Source: Opitutales bacterium
Lineage (GTDB): Bacteria > Verrucomicrobiota > Verrucomicrobiia > Opitutales > UBA2987
Length of the DNA stretch: 64,000 nt
Assembly: GCA_965226885.1 (NCBI GenBank)
Contig: CBDDEL010000010.1
Coordinates: 352,001 to 416,000 of the forward strand
Direction of reading: 5' to 3'
Within the stretch, counting starts at the first letter, position 1. Each line of letters opens with the position of its first letter. Under the pieces are notes generated by a model. The model had not been told where the DNA came from, searched no databases, and worked only from the letters and a program-made list of their open reading frames with translations. The translations under genes and the position numbers were made by a program. Of this stretch, positions 54,122-64,000 are shown in pieces.

Positions 54122-57100
54122 ATGTTTAATAAACAGATTCTGCGGCAATGCATCTTTTCATTGCTCGTCGTAATCTTTTGTTTTTCAACCACATCCACTC
54201 GATCGGCGGAAATCAAGGGGAGCACCCTGAATTCCGCAGACGGACTGTTCCTGGAGGGTGTTCGTATCTCGATTGAGGGCACAGGTATTGTTATTTTCTC
54301 GGAACGAGGGGGAAGCTTCGTCATCAGAAACCTGAAACCGGGCGATTACACCCTGAAAGCCACCTACATCGGGTATCCCGTTTACACTCAAAGCGTTAAT
54401 ATTCCCAATCAGGAATCTTCGATCCGTATCACCATCGATTATGCGGCGGATGATATTGTCGAGCTGGAGACCTTCAAGGTCGAAGGCTCGCTCGTCGGCC
54501 AGGCCAAGGCGATCAATCTGCAGCGATCGGCGGACAACATTGTGAACGTGGTCTCGTCCGACGCCATCGGGCAGTTTGTGGACCGTAACGCGGCGGAAGC
54601 GCTCCAGCGCCTGCCCGGCATCTCCCTCGAGGAGAGCCAGGGGGAGGGAAAATTTATCATCATTCGCGGCGCGGATCCAACTTTAAACGCTGTGACCATC
54701 GACGGCGTAAACTTGGCTACGCCCGAGGAGGACGGTCGCTCGGTAGCTCTGAACATCATCTCCACCGACCAGCTCGAACGGATCGAGTTGGTGAAATCCT
54801 GGCTGCCGGATAAAAGCGGTAACGTGATCGGCGGAACGGTCAACCTGGTGACGCGCAGCGCGCTGGACCGCGGAGCGCGCTTTGCTTCTGTTGAGGGGGC
54901 TTTCACAAAGCACACCATTGCAGCCGGCGACAGCTATCGGTTCAACGCCACTTATGGGGATATTCTCGGTAAGAAAGAGAATATCGGTATTCAGATTTCT
55001 TACAATCAGTCCGTGGACAATCGCGGATCGGACACGCTGAAGGCAGACACCTGGAATACGCAAACCCGCGCCGACCTGGTGAGTTTTCCCGACGGATTCT
55101 ATCTGGAGGGCCTGCAGTTCGAGGATCTTACGATTAGGCGCGAACGCACTGGAATCGGAGGAAAGCTCGAATATCAGCTGGGTGAGAACCATGAGTTCTT
55201 CGTGACGGCATCGTTCAACCAGTTCGATGACGACGAGGTCCTGCAGGAAACGCGAGTCAATATGAGCAATGCTCCCACTTCTTACACCAAACCTCGAAAC
55301 TTGACGGAAGAATTTGCGTTGGAGCTCGGTCTCGATCTAAACGACCCCGAAGTTATTATGCGCCTGTCCGCGTCGTCGGAGGGAAATAAGCTCTCGTTGC
55401 TCACGTTTGAAGAGGCGGTGCAATTAAACACCATCGCTTGGGACGCGGAAACGAGAAATTACACATTCATCGGACACCTGGCAACGCCCACGAAGAGCTG
55501 GCGCAACACGGTTACGAACGACAAGATTCTCACTTTCCAGGCCGGAGGGAAGCATCAGCTTGGGCAGATTTGGCGTCTTGACTACAAGTTTTACGGTTCC
55601 GATGCGGAGAAGAACTGGACGGAACGCAGAGTTACGCTGGAAGCGAGCTCCACCGCATTTGAGATCCGCCTCGGAGAGGACGGCTATTTCCCCCAGATAG
55701 TAGAGGATCTCACGACAAAGTTGACCGAGCCCGAGCGCTTCCAGTTGAACCGGGAAGAGGGCTCCGCGGCGGACAACACGTTTTTCAGCAGCGACCAGCG
55801 GAAAGGTTTTGAAGTTAATCTGGAGGCCGTTTACCAGATCGGAAAGTCGCCCGCCAAAACCAAGTTTGGCTTCGCCGCTGATTTTCGCGACAAAGAGTTT
55901 ATTCGCAACTTCAATCGCTTCGGGAGTATCGATACATCACCTATTCCCCAGCTGACGCTGGCCGACGACGTGTTCTTCGGGGGAGAACTCGAGACGGGCT
56001 TTTTGTCCGGCCGGCCGGAATACGATTTCGGCCCGAGTTTTGACACGGCAGCCGTGAATGCGTTTATCGACGATCCGGGGGACGTGACCTTTATCCAGCT
56101 CCCGAACGACGTGACCTTCAACGTCACCGACGCGATCTTAAAGAACTACCAGGCGGTGGAGGATATCAGCGCGGCATTCCTGATGCAGACCCTGGAGGTG
56201 AGAGGGTTCAAGATTATCGCCGGGTTTCGCTATGAGAAGACGAAGAATACCTTCACCATCAACGAAATTTTGACCCGTCCCGAGGAGCTGCCGTTCTTTG
56301 TCTCGCCCGCCTTCTGGAACCGATTGCCCCTGGAAGCATTCTCCCAGTTGACGACGTCGCAAAGGAGCTATACCCACTTCCTGCCCGCCTTTCATGTCAT
56401 TAAAAACTTTTCCGAGAATACCAAAGTTAAGGCCTCCATCACCAAGACCATCGGCCGCCCCAAATTCACCGACCTTGTTCCCCGCGAGATCGTTTCCATA
56501 GCAGGAGCCAGATTCGGAAATGATGTGCAGCTCCCCAATTTTAACCTCCAGGCGAGGGAAGCGACCAACATCGATTTCTCCTTTGAGCGCTATTTCGAGC
56601 GCCTTGGCCAGTTTACCGTGAGCGGCTTTCACAAGAAGCTGAAGAACTCGATCTACACCGAGTCCCGGATCGTGGATGCCGGGACCGGGGTAGCGCCGGA
56701 GTTGGCGGCCAAATACGACAGCCTCGGAGAAGACGTGACCGAGTGGCGGACTACTCAGATGGTGAACGCGGGTGACGGCGAGCTCTTCGGGGTTGAGGTT
56801 GCTTTCGAACGCAAGTTCAACTTCCTCCCTTCCCCCTTTGACGGATTCGGCCTTTCCTTCAACACCGCTTTTATTGAATCCAAGGTCAAACTCCTGCTCG
56901 AAGAGCGCTTCGAGGAGGAGGTGCCTTTATTCAAGCAATCGAGTAGCATGGGCAATTTATCCGTTTTTTTCGAGAAGTACGGGTTGCTGGTGCGATTGGC
57001 GCTGGTATGGCGGGGCCAATACCTGCAAGGCGTTCGCGCCGGCGAGCAGGACATCGACAACCTGACGAAAGAGGATCGGCTGAATCTGACACCTGATGCT

Positions 57101-57298
57101 CTCGACGTCTATGTCGATGATTTCACCCGGCTCGACCTGACCGTCAAATATCGATTTCGCAATCATTTCACCTTTTTCTTCGAAGCCACGAACCTGAACG
57201 ACGAGCCGTTGCGGCGCTATCGGGGCAATACCAGCCGGCTCCATTCGATTCAGTTTACGGATACGATTTTTTCAGTTGGAGCAAAATGGAATCTTTAA
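54122..57298 (+). CDS. TonB-dependent receptor with N-terminal carboxypeptidase-regulatory-like domain
   Basis: Signal peptide; plug NAAEALQRLPGIS...IIIRG...GGTVNLVT; barrel ending FSVGAKWNL. Confidence 0.96.
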   Translation: MFNKQILRQCIFSLLVVIFCFSTTSTRSAEIKGSTLNSADGLFLEGVRISIEGTGIVIFSERGGSFVIRNLKPGDYTLKATYIGYPVYTQSVNIPNQESSIRITIDYAADDIVELETFKVEGSLVGQAKAINLQRSADNIVNVVSSDAIGQFVDRNAAEALQRLPGISLEESQGEGKFIIIRGADPTLNAVTIDGVNLATPEEDGRSVALNIISTDQLERIELVKSWLPDKSGNVIGGTVNLVTRSALDRGARFASVEGAFTKHTIAAGDSYRFNATYGDILGKKENIGIQISYNQSVDNRGSDTLKADTWNTQTRADLVSFPDGFYLEGLQFEDLTIRRERTGIGGKLEYQLGENHEFFVTASFNQFDDDEVLQETRVNMSNAPTSYTKPRNLTEEFALELGLDLNDPEVIMRLSASSEGNKLSLLTFEEAVQLNTIAWDAETRNYTFIGHLATPTKSWRNTVTNDKILTFQAGGKHQLGQIWRLDYKFYGSDAEKNWTERRVTLEASSTAFEIRLGEDGYFPQIVEDLTTKLTEPERFQLNREEGSAADNTFFSSDQRKGFEVNLEAVYQIGKSPAKTKFGFAADFRDKEFIRNFNRFGSIDTSPIPQLTLADDVFFGGELETGFLSGRPEYDFGPSFDTAAVNAFIDDPGDVTFIQLPNDVTFNVTDAILKNYQAVEDISAAFLMQTLEVRGFKIIAGFRYEKTKNTFTINEILTRPEELPFFVSPAFWNRLPLEAFSQLTTSQRSYTHFLPAFHVIKNFSENTKVKASITKTIGRPKFTDLVPREIVSIAGARFGNDVQLPNFNLQAREATNIDFSFERYFERLGQFTVSGFHKKLKNSIYTESRIVDAGTGVAPELAAKYDSLGEDVTEWRTTQMVNAGDGELFGVEVAFERKFNFLPSPFDGFGLSFNTAFIESKVKLLLEERFEEEVPLFKQSSSMGNLSVFFEKYGLLVRLALVWRGQYLQGVRAGEQDIDNLTKEDRLNLTPDALDVYVDDFTRLDLTVKYRFRNHFTFFFEATNLNDEPLRRYRGNTSRLHSIQFTDTIFSVGAKWNL

Positions 57299-57385
57299 TC
57301 AAAAAAAATATAGCAATTTATTCCAAATCTTTCTAATATTCATATTCATTAACAAATAACCAGGAATAGAAACGGGGAATTACCA

Positions 57386-60259
57386 ATGACAAAAAACATA
57401 CCAATACCAAAAAACCCTGTGTGGAGGTTAATATTCACATTAATCTCCTGCGCCTTTCTGTTCGGCCTATCGGCCAACGCGGCAGATGTATTAGTGTTTC
57501 AGGAAAGTTTCGAGACGGACGGGTTGGACTCACGCTATACGGTGGAGAACGGCAGCGATGACGGCTCAGGGGACTTCTTCGCCCGCAGACAGGAGGGCTC
57601 AGCCGGGACCGAGCCGTCTGGAGGGACGATCGATGGCTCGTTCTTCTGGGCCGGGCAGGATATCGACGCAGATGGCGCGATTGTAAATGACCTGGAAAAG
57701 GATGAGGGCCGGATCACCTTTAACGCCTTCGACATTTTGGGAGTCGGACGACTGAAGATCACTATAGCCGCAGGCCAGGGCGGGGACTTTGTCGAGTTCG
57801 ACAATGTCATGCTCATTCAGGTCAAATTCGACGATGGCGACTGGGCGACGATCGGCGGATTTCGCGGAACGTTTACGAACTCGCCCGGGCGATACTTTGA
57901 GGGTGGAGACAACACCCTGCCGGATCACAATGTGGAACCCAGGCTCACGAAGACCTTTGTGGACTTTTCGTGGGAGATTCCCGGCAGCGGCGACACCATG
58001 CAGGTCCGCATCAAGATGAATCTGAATGGAGGCACCGAAGAATACGCTTTCGACAACTTCCGTGTTACGGGGGACGATGCGGTCGAGTTGTTCTCACTCG
58101 CCCTCGACAGTACAACGATATCTGAGGAAGCAGGTGCGGGCGCGGCCACACTGACCGTGACTCTCGAAAATCCAGCACCGGCCGGCGGCGCGACTCTTGC
58201 CGTGAGCACCGTCTCCCCACTCGCCGTAGGCGGCCCGGATACGGAGATATCCGTTCCCGAGACGGTGGAGATTGCAAGCGGAGCGACAGCGGGTACGATT
58301 TCGGTCGATGCGGTCGCGGATGGGCGTTTCGACGGCGACGTCGAAATTCGGATTTTTGTGGAAGGCGAAGGCTACAATCGCGACTTTATCACGATTACGG
58401 TGACGAATATAGATTCGCACCCATCGCTCCTCATCAATGAATTCCTCGCACAGCCGGCAGGAAGCATTCCCGAGGACCTCTCCGGTGATGCGAATGGCGA
58501 CGGGTCGAGGAATTCGGCCGAGGACGAGTTCCTTGAGATTATCAATACGAACGGCGACGGGAGCTCGATCGATCTCTCGGGCTGGACAATCACCGACAAT
58601 ATCGGGCCGCGGCATACATTCCCGCCAGGAACAGTTTTAGATGACGGGCGCGCCCTGGTCATCTTCGGTGGCGGGAACCCGACGGGTATCTTCGGCGGGG
58701 CACAAGTCTTGACGGCGTCGCAGGGCAATCTCGGGTTCTCGAATAACGGTGACACCTTTACCATCGTGGCCGGCGGGGCTGTGGTTACGGCAATTACCTA
58801 CGAGGGTGATATCGGAGGATCCCAAGAGGCAGGGGTTCGCGACCCCGATATCACCGGGGATATCGTCCTCCATTCGCTGGCCACGGGCTCCGGGGGCGCG
58901 TTATTCTCGCCTGGTACTCGGTTGGACGGCTCGCCGTTTGGGTTATTCACCAATACGATCACGCTCGCACTGAGCCCGGACTCCGTTTCCGAGATCGCGG
59001 GTGACGCGGCGGTGACGGGAACAATCACGCTGGAAAACGCGGCTCCGGCCGGCGGTTTGGTGATTAATATTGAGTCGGCGGGCGCTCCCGATCGGATCGA
59101 TTTTTCCGGAGCCGGAGTAGAGATTTCGGAGATTATTATTGACGAGTTGCTGGGAATAACCGTTCGTATTGTCAGTCTGACCATTGCCGCAGGGTCCACC
59201 CAGGGGACGTTCGATATCGATGTTTTCGATAACGAGGTCCTGAGTGGTGACCGCGAGTGGCGAATCATAGCTAAAGAAAGAAACACCCTCCCGGGAATCG
59301 CCCCTCTCACGGTAACCGAGGCGATTTCGAGTCCCTTCTACGTCGTTGTCAACGAATTGTTGTCGGGTCCCAACGGAACCGGCCTCGATCCGAATGGTAA
59401 CGGAATCGCCGAGGAGGGCCTCGAGGACCAGTTCATCGAGATTGTGAATGCGAGCGGATTCGACGTCGATGTATCGGGCTGGATTGTCCGTATCATCGCC
59501 ATTGGTTCGAATGGGATTCCCAGCAGTTTCAACGTCCACAAATTCGCGAACGGGACCGTTCTCGCGGACGAGGGCTCTTTTGTAATATTCGGCGGAGGGG
59601 ACGAGGTTGCGATGAACGATCCGATGAATGACACCTACGGAGGTGCGGTTGTGTTTGTTGCCAACGAAGGGGAAAACGGCGTGAATCTTCCGACCCAAAA
59701 GGATGCGGTGATACTGCTACTGAATGAGCACGGGTTTATTTTGGACAGCGTCATGTACCTTATTCAGGACGCAGACCAGTCGCAGTCCTTGACGCGTAGC
59801 CCGGATATAACCGGCAACTTCCCCAACCTGCACTTCGACGTCTCTTCTGCCTTCCTGCTATTCTCACCCGGCGCCACAACCGGCGGCGCGCCTTTTGCGG
59901 GCAACGGGGTGGTGGATTTGGATGTGTTCAGCGGTGTGGATATCCCAGGATTTCCGGGATGGAAGACCTCCCCCTGGTATAAGAACTACAACGTGGATTT
60001 CCCGCCTTGGATTTATCACGATGAGCACGGTTGGCAGTTTGTCGATTCAGGCGCTACTGCGGCTGTCACATTCTTATTTGATCTCGGTTTGAACAATTGG
60101 GTATTTGTAAATGAGGGCGCTTATCGGTGGATTTTCCTTTATGGGCCCGACGAAGGCTGGATCTTTACATTCAGCGACAACACACCCGGAAGTCGTTTCT
60201 TCCAGAGACTTGACGATGGCAGTTTGTTCAGCGTTCCAGCGGGACTGCCAATTAATTAA
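57386..60259 (+). CDS. Secreted/surface protein with two lamin-tail domains, Calx-beta-like domains and an aromatic C-terminal domain
   Basis: LLINEFLA..DANGDG..DEFLEIIN..IDLSGWTI and a second similar block; tail WKTSPWY..PWIYHDEHGWQFV. Confidence 0.85.
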   Translation: MTKNIPIPKNPVWRLIFTLISCAFLFGLSANAADVLVFQESFETDGLDSRYTVENGSDDGSGDFFARRQEGSAGTEPSGGTIDGSFFWAGQDIDADGAIVNDLEKDEGRITFNAFDILGVGRLKITIAAGQGGDFVEFDNVMLIQVKFDDGDWATIGGFRGTFTNSPGRYFEGGDNTLPDHNVEPRLTKTFVDFSWEIPGSGDTMQVRIKMNLNGGTEEYAFDNFRVTGDDAVELFSLALDSTTISEEAGAGAATLTVTLENPAPAGGATLAVSTVSPLAVGGPDTEISVPETVEIASGATAGTISVDAVADGRFDGDVEIRIFVEGEGYNRDFITITVTNIDSHPSLLINEFLAQPAGSIPEDLSGDANGDGSRNSAEDEFLEIINTNGDGSSIDLSGWTITDNIGPRHTFPPGTVLDDGRALVIFGGGNPTGIFGGAQVLTASQGNLGFSNNGDTFTIVAGGAVVTAITYEGDIGGSQEAGVRDPDITGDIVLHSLATGSGGALFSPGTRLDGSPFGLFTNTITLALSPDSVSEIAGDAAVTGTITLENAAPAGGLVINIESAGAPDRIDFSGAGVEISEIIIDELLGITVRIVSLTIAAGSTQGTFDIDVFDNEVLSGDREWRIIAKERNTLPGIAPLTVTEAISSPFYVVVNELLSGPNGTGLDPNGNGIAEEGLEDQFIEIVNASGFDVDVSGWIVRIIAIGSNGIPSSFNVHKFANGTVLADEGSFVIFGGGDEVAMNDPMNDTYGGAVVFVANEGENGVNLPTQKDAVILLLNEHGFILDSVMYLIQDADQSQSLTRSPDITGNFPNLHFDVSSAFLLFSPGATTGGAPFAGNGVVDLDVFSGVDIPGFPGWKTSPWYKNYNVDFPPWIYHDEHGWQFVDSGATAAVTFLFDLGLNNWVFVNEGAYRWIFLYGPDEGWIFTFSDNTPGSRFFQRLDDGSLFSVPAGLPIN

Positions 60260-60294
60260 TAAATCGATTAGGTAATTATGGTATGCGCCAATAG

Positions 60295-60332
60295 TGGCGG
60301 GCACGCATTTGCGTGCCCGCCATTAATTTTTT
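60295..60332 (+). terminator. Rho-independent terminator
   Basis: TGGCGGGCACGCA/TGCGTGCCCGCCA hairpin followed by a T-tract. Confidence 0.85.
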
Positions 60333-60337
60333 AGACC

Positions 60338-61957
60338 ATGATGAAACTAAAGTTCAATTTGTTAGCAACTACACTGCTGATTCTCATTTCCCATTCGGCA
60401 TTTGGGCAGAGAGATATCACGGAATTTTCGAGTTATACCAAATCGCAAAAGGATTGATAAAGATTAAAAACCAGCTATAAAGGCGGAATGAGAAGATATA
60501 TGGGAACCGATGAAGACCGTGAACGTATCAAGAAATTGCTCAACAAAGAGGCTGTCGGCTGGCGTAAAGAGCGTTTGGTGGCATTAAAAATGGGCTTCCA
60601 GCCGCACCACAGCATTGATGAAATTGGAGCCATCGTGGGCCGAGGCAAAGCGACGATCCAGCGTTGGTTTGACAAATATCGTGCTGCAGGGCTCGGGGCG
60701 GTGCTTACACGCGCCTACAAAGGCGGGATCAAAAGCCGTTGCGACAAAGAGGTGGAGGCCTTCTTGCTCAATGGTTTGAAGGTCGCGCGCTGGAACACAG
60801 CCGTTCAGGCGGGGCAAGAGCTGGAGCGACATTTCGGGCGCTCCTTCGCCTACAAGACGGTGTGGCGATGGCTAAAAAAATGCGCCGGGGTGCTTCGAGT
60901 CCCTCGCCCCGTGCATGAGAAACGGGACTCGGCAAAAGCGGAAGCGTTCAAGCGAGACTTTTTTAAGATCCTCCAGGAGCTTTCCCTCACCCGAGGCAAT
61001 CGGGTTCGGGTGTGGTTTGCCGATGAAAGCCGTTTTGGTTTGCTTCCGGTGTACCGCCGGTGCTGGACGCAAAGAGGGCTTCGGCCGCACAAAAAATATC
61101 AGACAAGATACCAGTGGAGCTACTGTTACGGAGCCCTCGACGTGGTCAACGGCGAGATGGTATGCATCCAAACCCCTAGCACGAATCTACAGTGGACGGA
61201 GGCTTTCCTCCAACAGATCAAAAAGCAATATCCTGAGGAGGAACATGTGGTTGTATGGGACGGGGCAGGCTTCCATCCGCACGACTCGGAGCACCCCAAC
61301 GTCCCCCCGGGCATACATATCGTGAATTTGCCGCCGTATAGTCCTGAACTCAACCCGATTGAAAGACTTTGGGATATGATACAGGATCAAACGGCCAACA
61401 AACTGTGGCCGAGCATTGAGCGACTCGAAGAAGTCGTCGCAACCCATCTCAAAGACTGGTGGGAGGACACTGAAAAAGTCCTCTCTTTAGTTGGCGGAGG
61501 CTGGCAGCACATTCAAGCAAACGCTTCTGCCAAATAACTTATTATCATACCTAATGAGATTTGGTATTACTGGAAACACAAGGTTTCTTTATTCCGAAGT
61601 CTGCCCAATCCGAAAGGCGAAATCTGTTTTCTCGGAGACAGCATCACCGATGGCTGTGAATGGCGTGAATTGACTGGATTAGAGCAGGTAACCAATCGTG
61701 GAATCTCCAGCGATACTGCCTGGGCCGTTATGAAACGAATCGAGGAGGTTACCGAGGGTAAACCAGCAAAAGTTTTTCTAATGATTGGCACCAACGACCT
61801 AGACCGGGAAAAATCCGTCACTGAAGTCCGAGATAAAATAGGGGAAATCCTCGAATTTATTCAGAAAAAGAGTCCTCAAACTAAGGTTTATCTTCAGAGT
61901 GTGCTGCCGGTTTGGGATGGTACCTGGGGTATTCGAATGAACATTCATAATCGTTGA
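60338..61957 (+). pseudogene. GDSL/SGNH hydrolase split by IS630 and apparently 3'-truncated
   Basis: Signal peptide 60338-60435 rejoins in frame to YYWKHK...FLGDSITD, NRGISSD, MIGTND; the DxxH block is missing. Confidence 0.88.
60436..61564 (+). mobile_element. IS630-family element (transposase 60488-61537)
   Basis: Ends TACCAAATC / GATTTGGTA at a TA site; FADESRFG, VWDGAGFH, LPPYSPELNPIERLW. Confidence 0.95.
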
Positions 61958-62258
61958 AATTACAGGCTTCTGGAGCTTTCGAGTTCACATCTATTTTAGA
62001 AGCCAATTCAAAGTGGATCGCTCCCATCGAGGCATGGACTGATCCCATCTCGGCAAAGCCCACCTTCATATCAGTCGACATTGTTGTCTGTTCTTCCCGA
62101 AAATCTTGTTGGTCACTGCGGAGTTCTTTAACTTCTGTAACAACATTCTGGATGTTCGCATTTTGAGAATTGTACATAAAACCGACCAGAGTGCCCACCA
62201 ACGTTGTAATGCCACCTACAAGTATCCATGAAATGTAAAAACCCATATTTACAGTCAT
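61881..62258 (-). CDS. Small membrane-anchored coiled-coil hypothetical protein
   Basis: One TM segment followed by a heptad-like region; original start probably 62485 (see VNTR). Confidence 0.6.
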   Translation of the reverse strand: MTVNMGFYISWILVGGITTLVGTLVGFMYNSQNANIQNVVTEVKELRSDQQDFREEQTTMSTDMKVGFAEMGSVHASMGAIHFELASKIDVNSKAPEACNFNDYECSFEYPRYHPKPAAHSEDKP

Positions 62259-62465
62259 TGTCAGTTCCTTACAGTCATTGTCAGTTCCGGTAGTTCCTTA
62301 CAGTCATTGTCAGTTCCGGTAGTTCCTTACAGTCATTGTCAGTTCCGGTAGTTCCTTACAGTCATTGTCAGTTCCGGTAGTTCCTTACAGTCATTGTCAG
62401 TTCCGGTAGTTCCTTACAGTCATTGTCAGTTCCGGTAGTTCCTTACAGTCATTGTCAGTTCCGGT
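62249..62465. repeat. 29-bp VNTR (6 perfect units plus partial units)
   Basis: TCAGTTCCGGTAGTTCCTTACAGTCATTG starting at 62281, 62310, 62339, 62368, 62397, 62426. Confidence 0.97.
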
Positions 62466-62570
62466 TTCTTCGTTCCTCCACTCATAATTATAATATTCTT
62501 TAATATTCTAGTTGTCAATTTATTAGTAAGTCTGATAGGGCATATGTTCCAGCTTCATAGGGGGGTTTCC

Positions 62571-63281
62571 TCAATCAATGACTGGTATGCCTTCGCTCAT
62601 GGTGGCAGCATCGTCGTTGGCTACAGGAACATCGTTGACCGGCGCAATCGCGATGGTGACCGTAGCCGCTCTCACATCGGTGCCGTCGGTCACACAGTAA
62701 ACAAAGAAGTCTGCGGTGGTTTCGCCGCCATTGTGGGTGTAGGTGAATTCACCGTTGGCGAGAATATCTACGGTGCCGTTGTCGGTTGCGTTGACTCCGG
62801 TGTTGACAACCGAAAGCGGTGAATTATCGGGCTCATCGGTATCGTTGGCCAGCACACTGGTGGCCCCGCCATCCAATACAGAGGTGCTGCCGCCCTCTAA
62901 GGTCGCGGCGCTGTCCGGATTGGCCACCGGCGGCGAGTCGCTCACCGGATTGATCGTGATATCTAACCTCCCGTTGCGGACGGCCTCCCCATCGCTGACG
63001 GCGTAATCGAAAAAGTCCGAGGTTGTCTCGCTGCCGTCATGGGTATAGGTAAAAAAGCCGCCTGCGGCCAAGGTTAAGGTGCCGTTGTCGGTTGTAATGT
63101 TAATCGTCGCGGTCAGCACATCGCCCGGCAGATCGGCGTCTGTGTCATTAGCCAGGACATTGACCGTATTGATAGTGCCGCCCTCGTCCATGGTGGCTGC
63201 ATCGTCGTTGGCTACAGGAACAACTAATTCGGAGGAATCCGAGAAAAGTAGAGTCCACAGAGTGGGAATGAGTTTTTCCAA
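62571..63281 (-). pseudogene. Fragment of an adhesin with cadherin-like/bacterial Ig repeats
   Basis: Two ~100-aa units PVANDD...VLANDTD...FTYTH.G.ETT.DFF.Y.V.DG; a third unit breaks off; no clear signal peptide. Confidence 0.7.
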
Positions 63282-63664
63282 AATTATAGAATGGCTTTGG
63301 ATTATATAGTTTTCGGTTTTGCAGAATGATGAAATCCTAACATCCGGGTATAAGATTTCAGAAAATATTGTTAAATAGCTTCATGCCCCTCCGAATATTT
63401 CGGTTGGTAACTTTCTGTATGTTGGTAGCTTGTCAGGGTGTTGGTAGCTTGTCAGGGGTTTGTAAACTATTTTTTTACTTTATTTTTATTAAATTCTATG
63501 GCAAATGCAAATTACGTTCTAATGCCACCGCCACCGCAAAAAACCACTTTTTTGCATTGCCAAAAAGCCAAAAAGGACTGTGGGTTGTTTTACGTTATTT
63601 GTCCATCTGCCCCGGGAATATATTGAGCCCTAATCTCATTATTGCAAATGTTGCAGGGAGATGT

Positions 63665-64000
63665 ATGTTTTTAACAATTAATAATAGATATACCATCGTG
63701 AGCTATTTTGCAAGAATCCCAGTCATTTATTTTGGATTGATCGTTTTAACCGCTTCTGCAGGTCTCTACGGCCAGACGGCGGACTTGTTTTTTTCCGAAT
63801 ATGTGGAAGGAAGCGGGAGCAATCAAGCGCTCAAAATCTACAACGGCACAGGGACGCCGGTGAACCTCCTGCCCTACGAAGTGGTGCTCCTCTCCTCCAG
63901 CGGAACCGAGTTTGCCACATTTGCCCTCAATAACACCGGAACCAGCCTTGGGGACGGCGAGGTCATCGTCATCGCCAATGCCAATGCCGACTTCGCTCTC
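63665..64000 (+). CDS. Secreted lamin-tail-domain protein, ExeM/NucH-like N-terminus (partial)
   Basis: AGGGAG RBS; hydrophobic leader; DLFFSEYVEGSGSNQALKIYNGTGTPVNL; open to window end. Confidence 0.8.
   Translation, partial: MFLTINNRYTIVSYFARIPVIYFGLIVLTASAGLYGQTADLFFSEYVEGSGSNQALKIYNGTGTPVNLLPYEVVLLSSSGTEFATFALNNTGTSLGDGEVIVIANANADFAL

Noticed and set aside
59797..59808. TAGCCCGGATAT resembling an IS1380-A end
   Set aside because: Short chance match inside an intact ORF (codons RSPDI); no other IS sequence.
62249..62465. Possible CRISPR array (29-bp repeats)
   Set aside because: Units are head-to-tail with no unique spacers, and no cas genes are present.
1..64000. RNA-guided or retroelement systems (TnpB/IscB, IS110 bridge RNA, Cas, reverse transcriptase)
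   Set aside because: No RuvC, HNH, DEDD or RT motifs recognised; all transposases seen are DDE-type.

Overview
This 64 kb window is heavily invaded by insertion sequences. By my count about 32 kb (roughly half) is IS DNA: 23 copies of 10 distinct elements from the IS1, IS3, IS4, IS5-like, IS21, IS630 and IS1380 families, often nested, plus two older decayed relics. The ISs interrupt or truncate many host genes (amidohydrolase, 3-hydroxyacid dehydrogenase, sulfatase, sialidase-like protein, GDSL esterase, an ABC-type ATPase). Intact host genes include a GT2 glycosyltransferase, an ADP-ribosylglycohydrolase, a CDGSH protein, DUF885, two acyl-CoA ligases, an HpcH aldolase, an SDR, and a TonB-dependent receptor with lamin-tail-domain surface proteins. 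The aromatic C-terminal domain of one surface protein suggests a Verrucomicrobiota/Opitutales host (inference). A shredded prophage/island runs from an integrase remnant and tRNA-Lys(CTT) to a replication initiator, DnaB, a hypothetical gene and an HTH gene. The most unusual item is a 63-nt gene at 40994-41056 inside that module. It folds as the tRNA-like domain of tmRNA (G3:U70 Ala acceptor stem, T-arm, tmRNA-type D-loop) but has no mRNA-like domain. Other notable items are an IS21 istB with an internal inversion bounded by 67-bp inverted repeats, a reconstructable IS5>IS1380>IS5 nest, a 29-bp VNTR across a start codon, and a secreted (YTGPGGG)x11 protein. All calls are by eye; no database searches were run.
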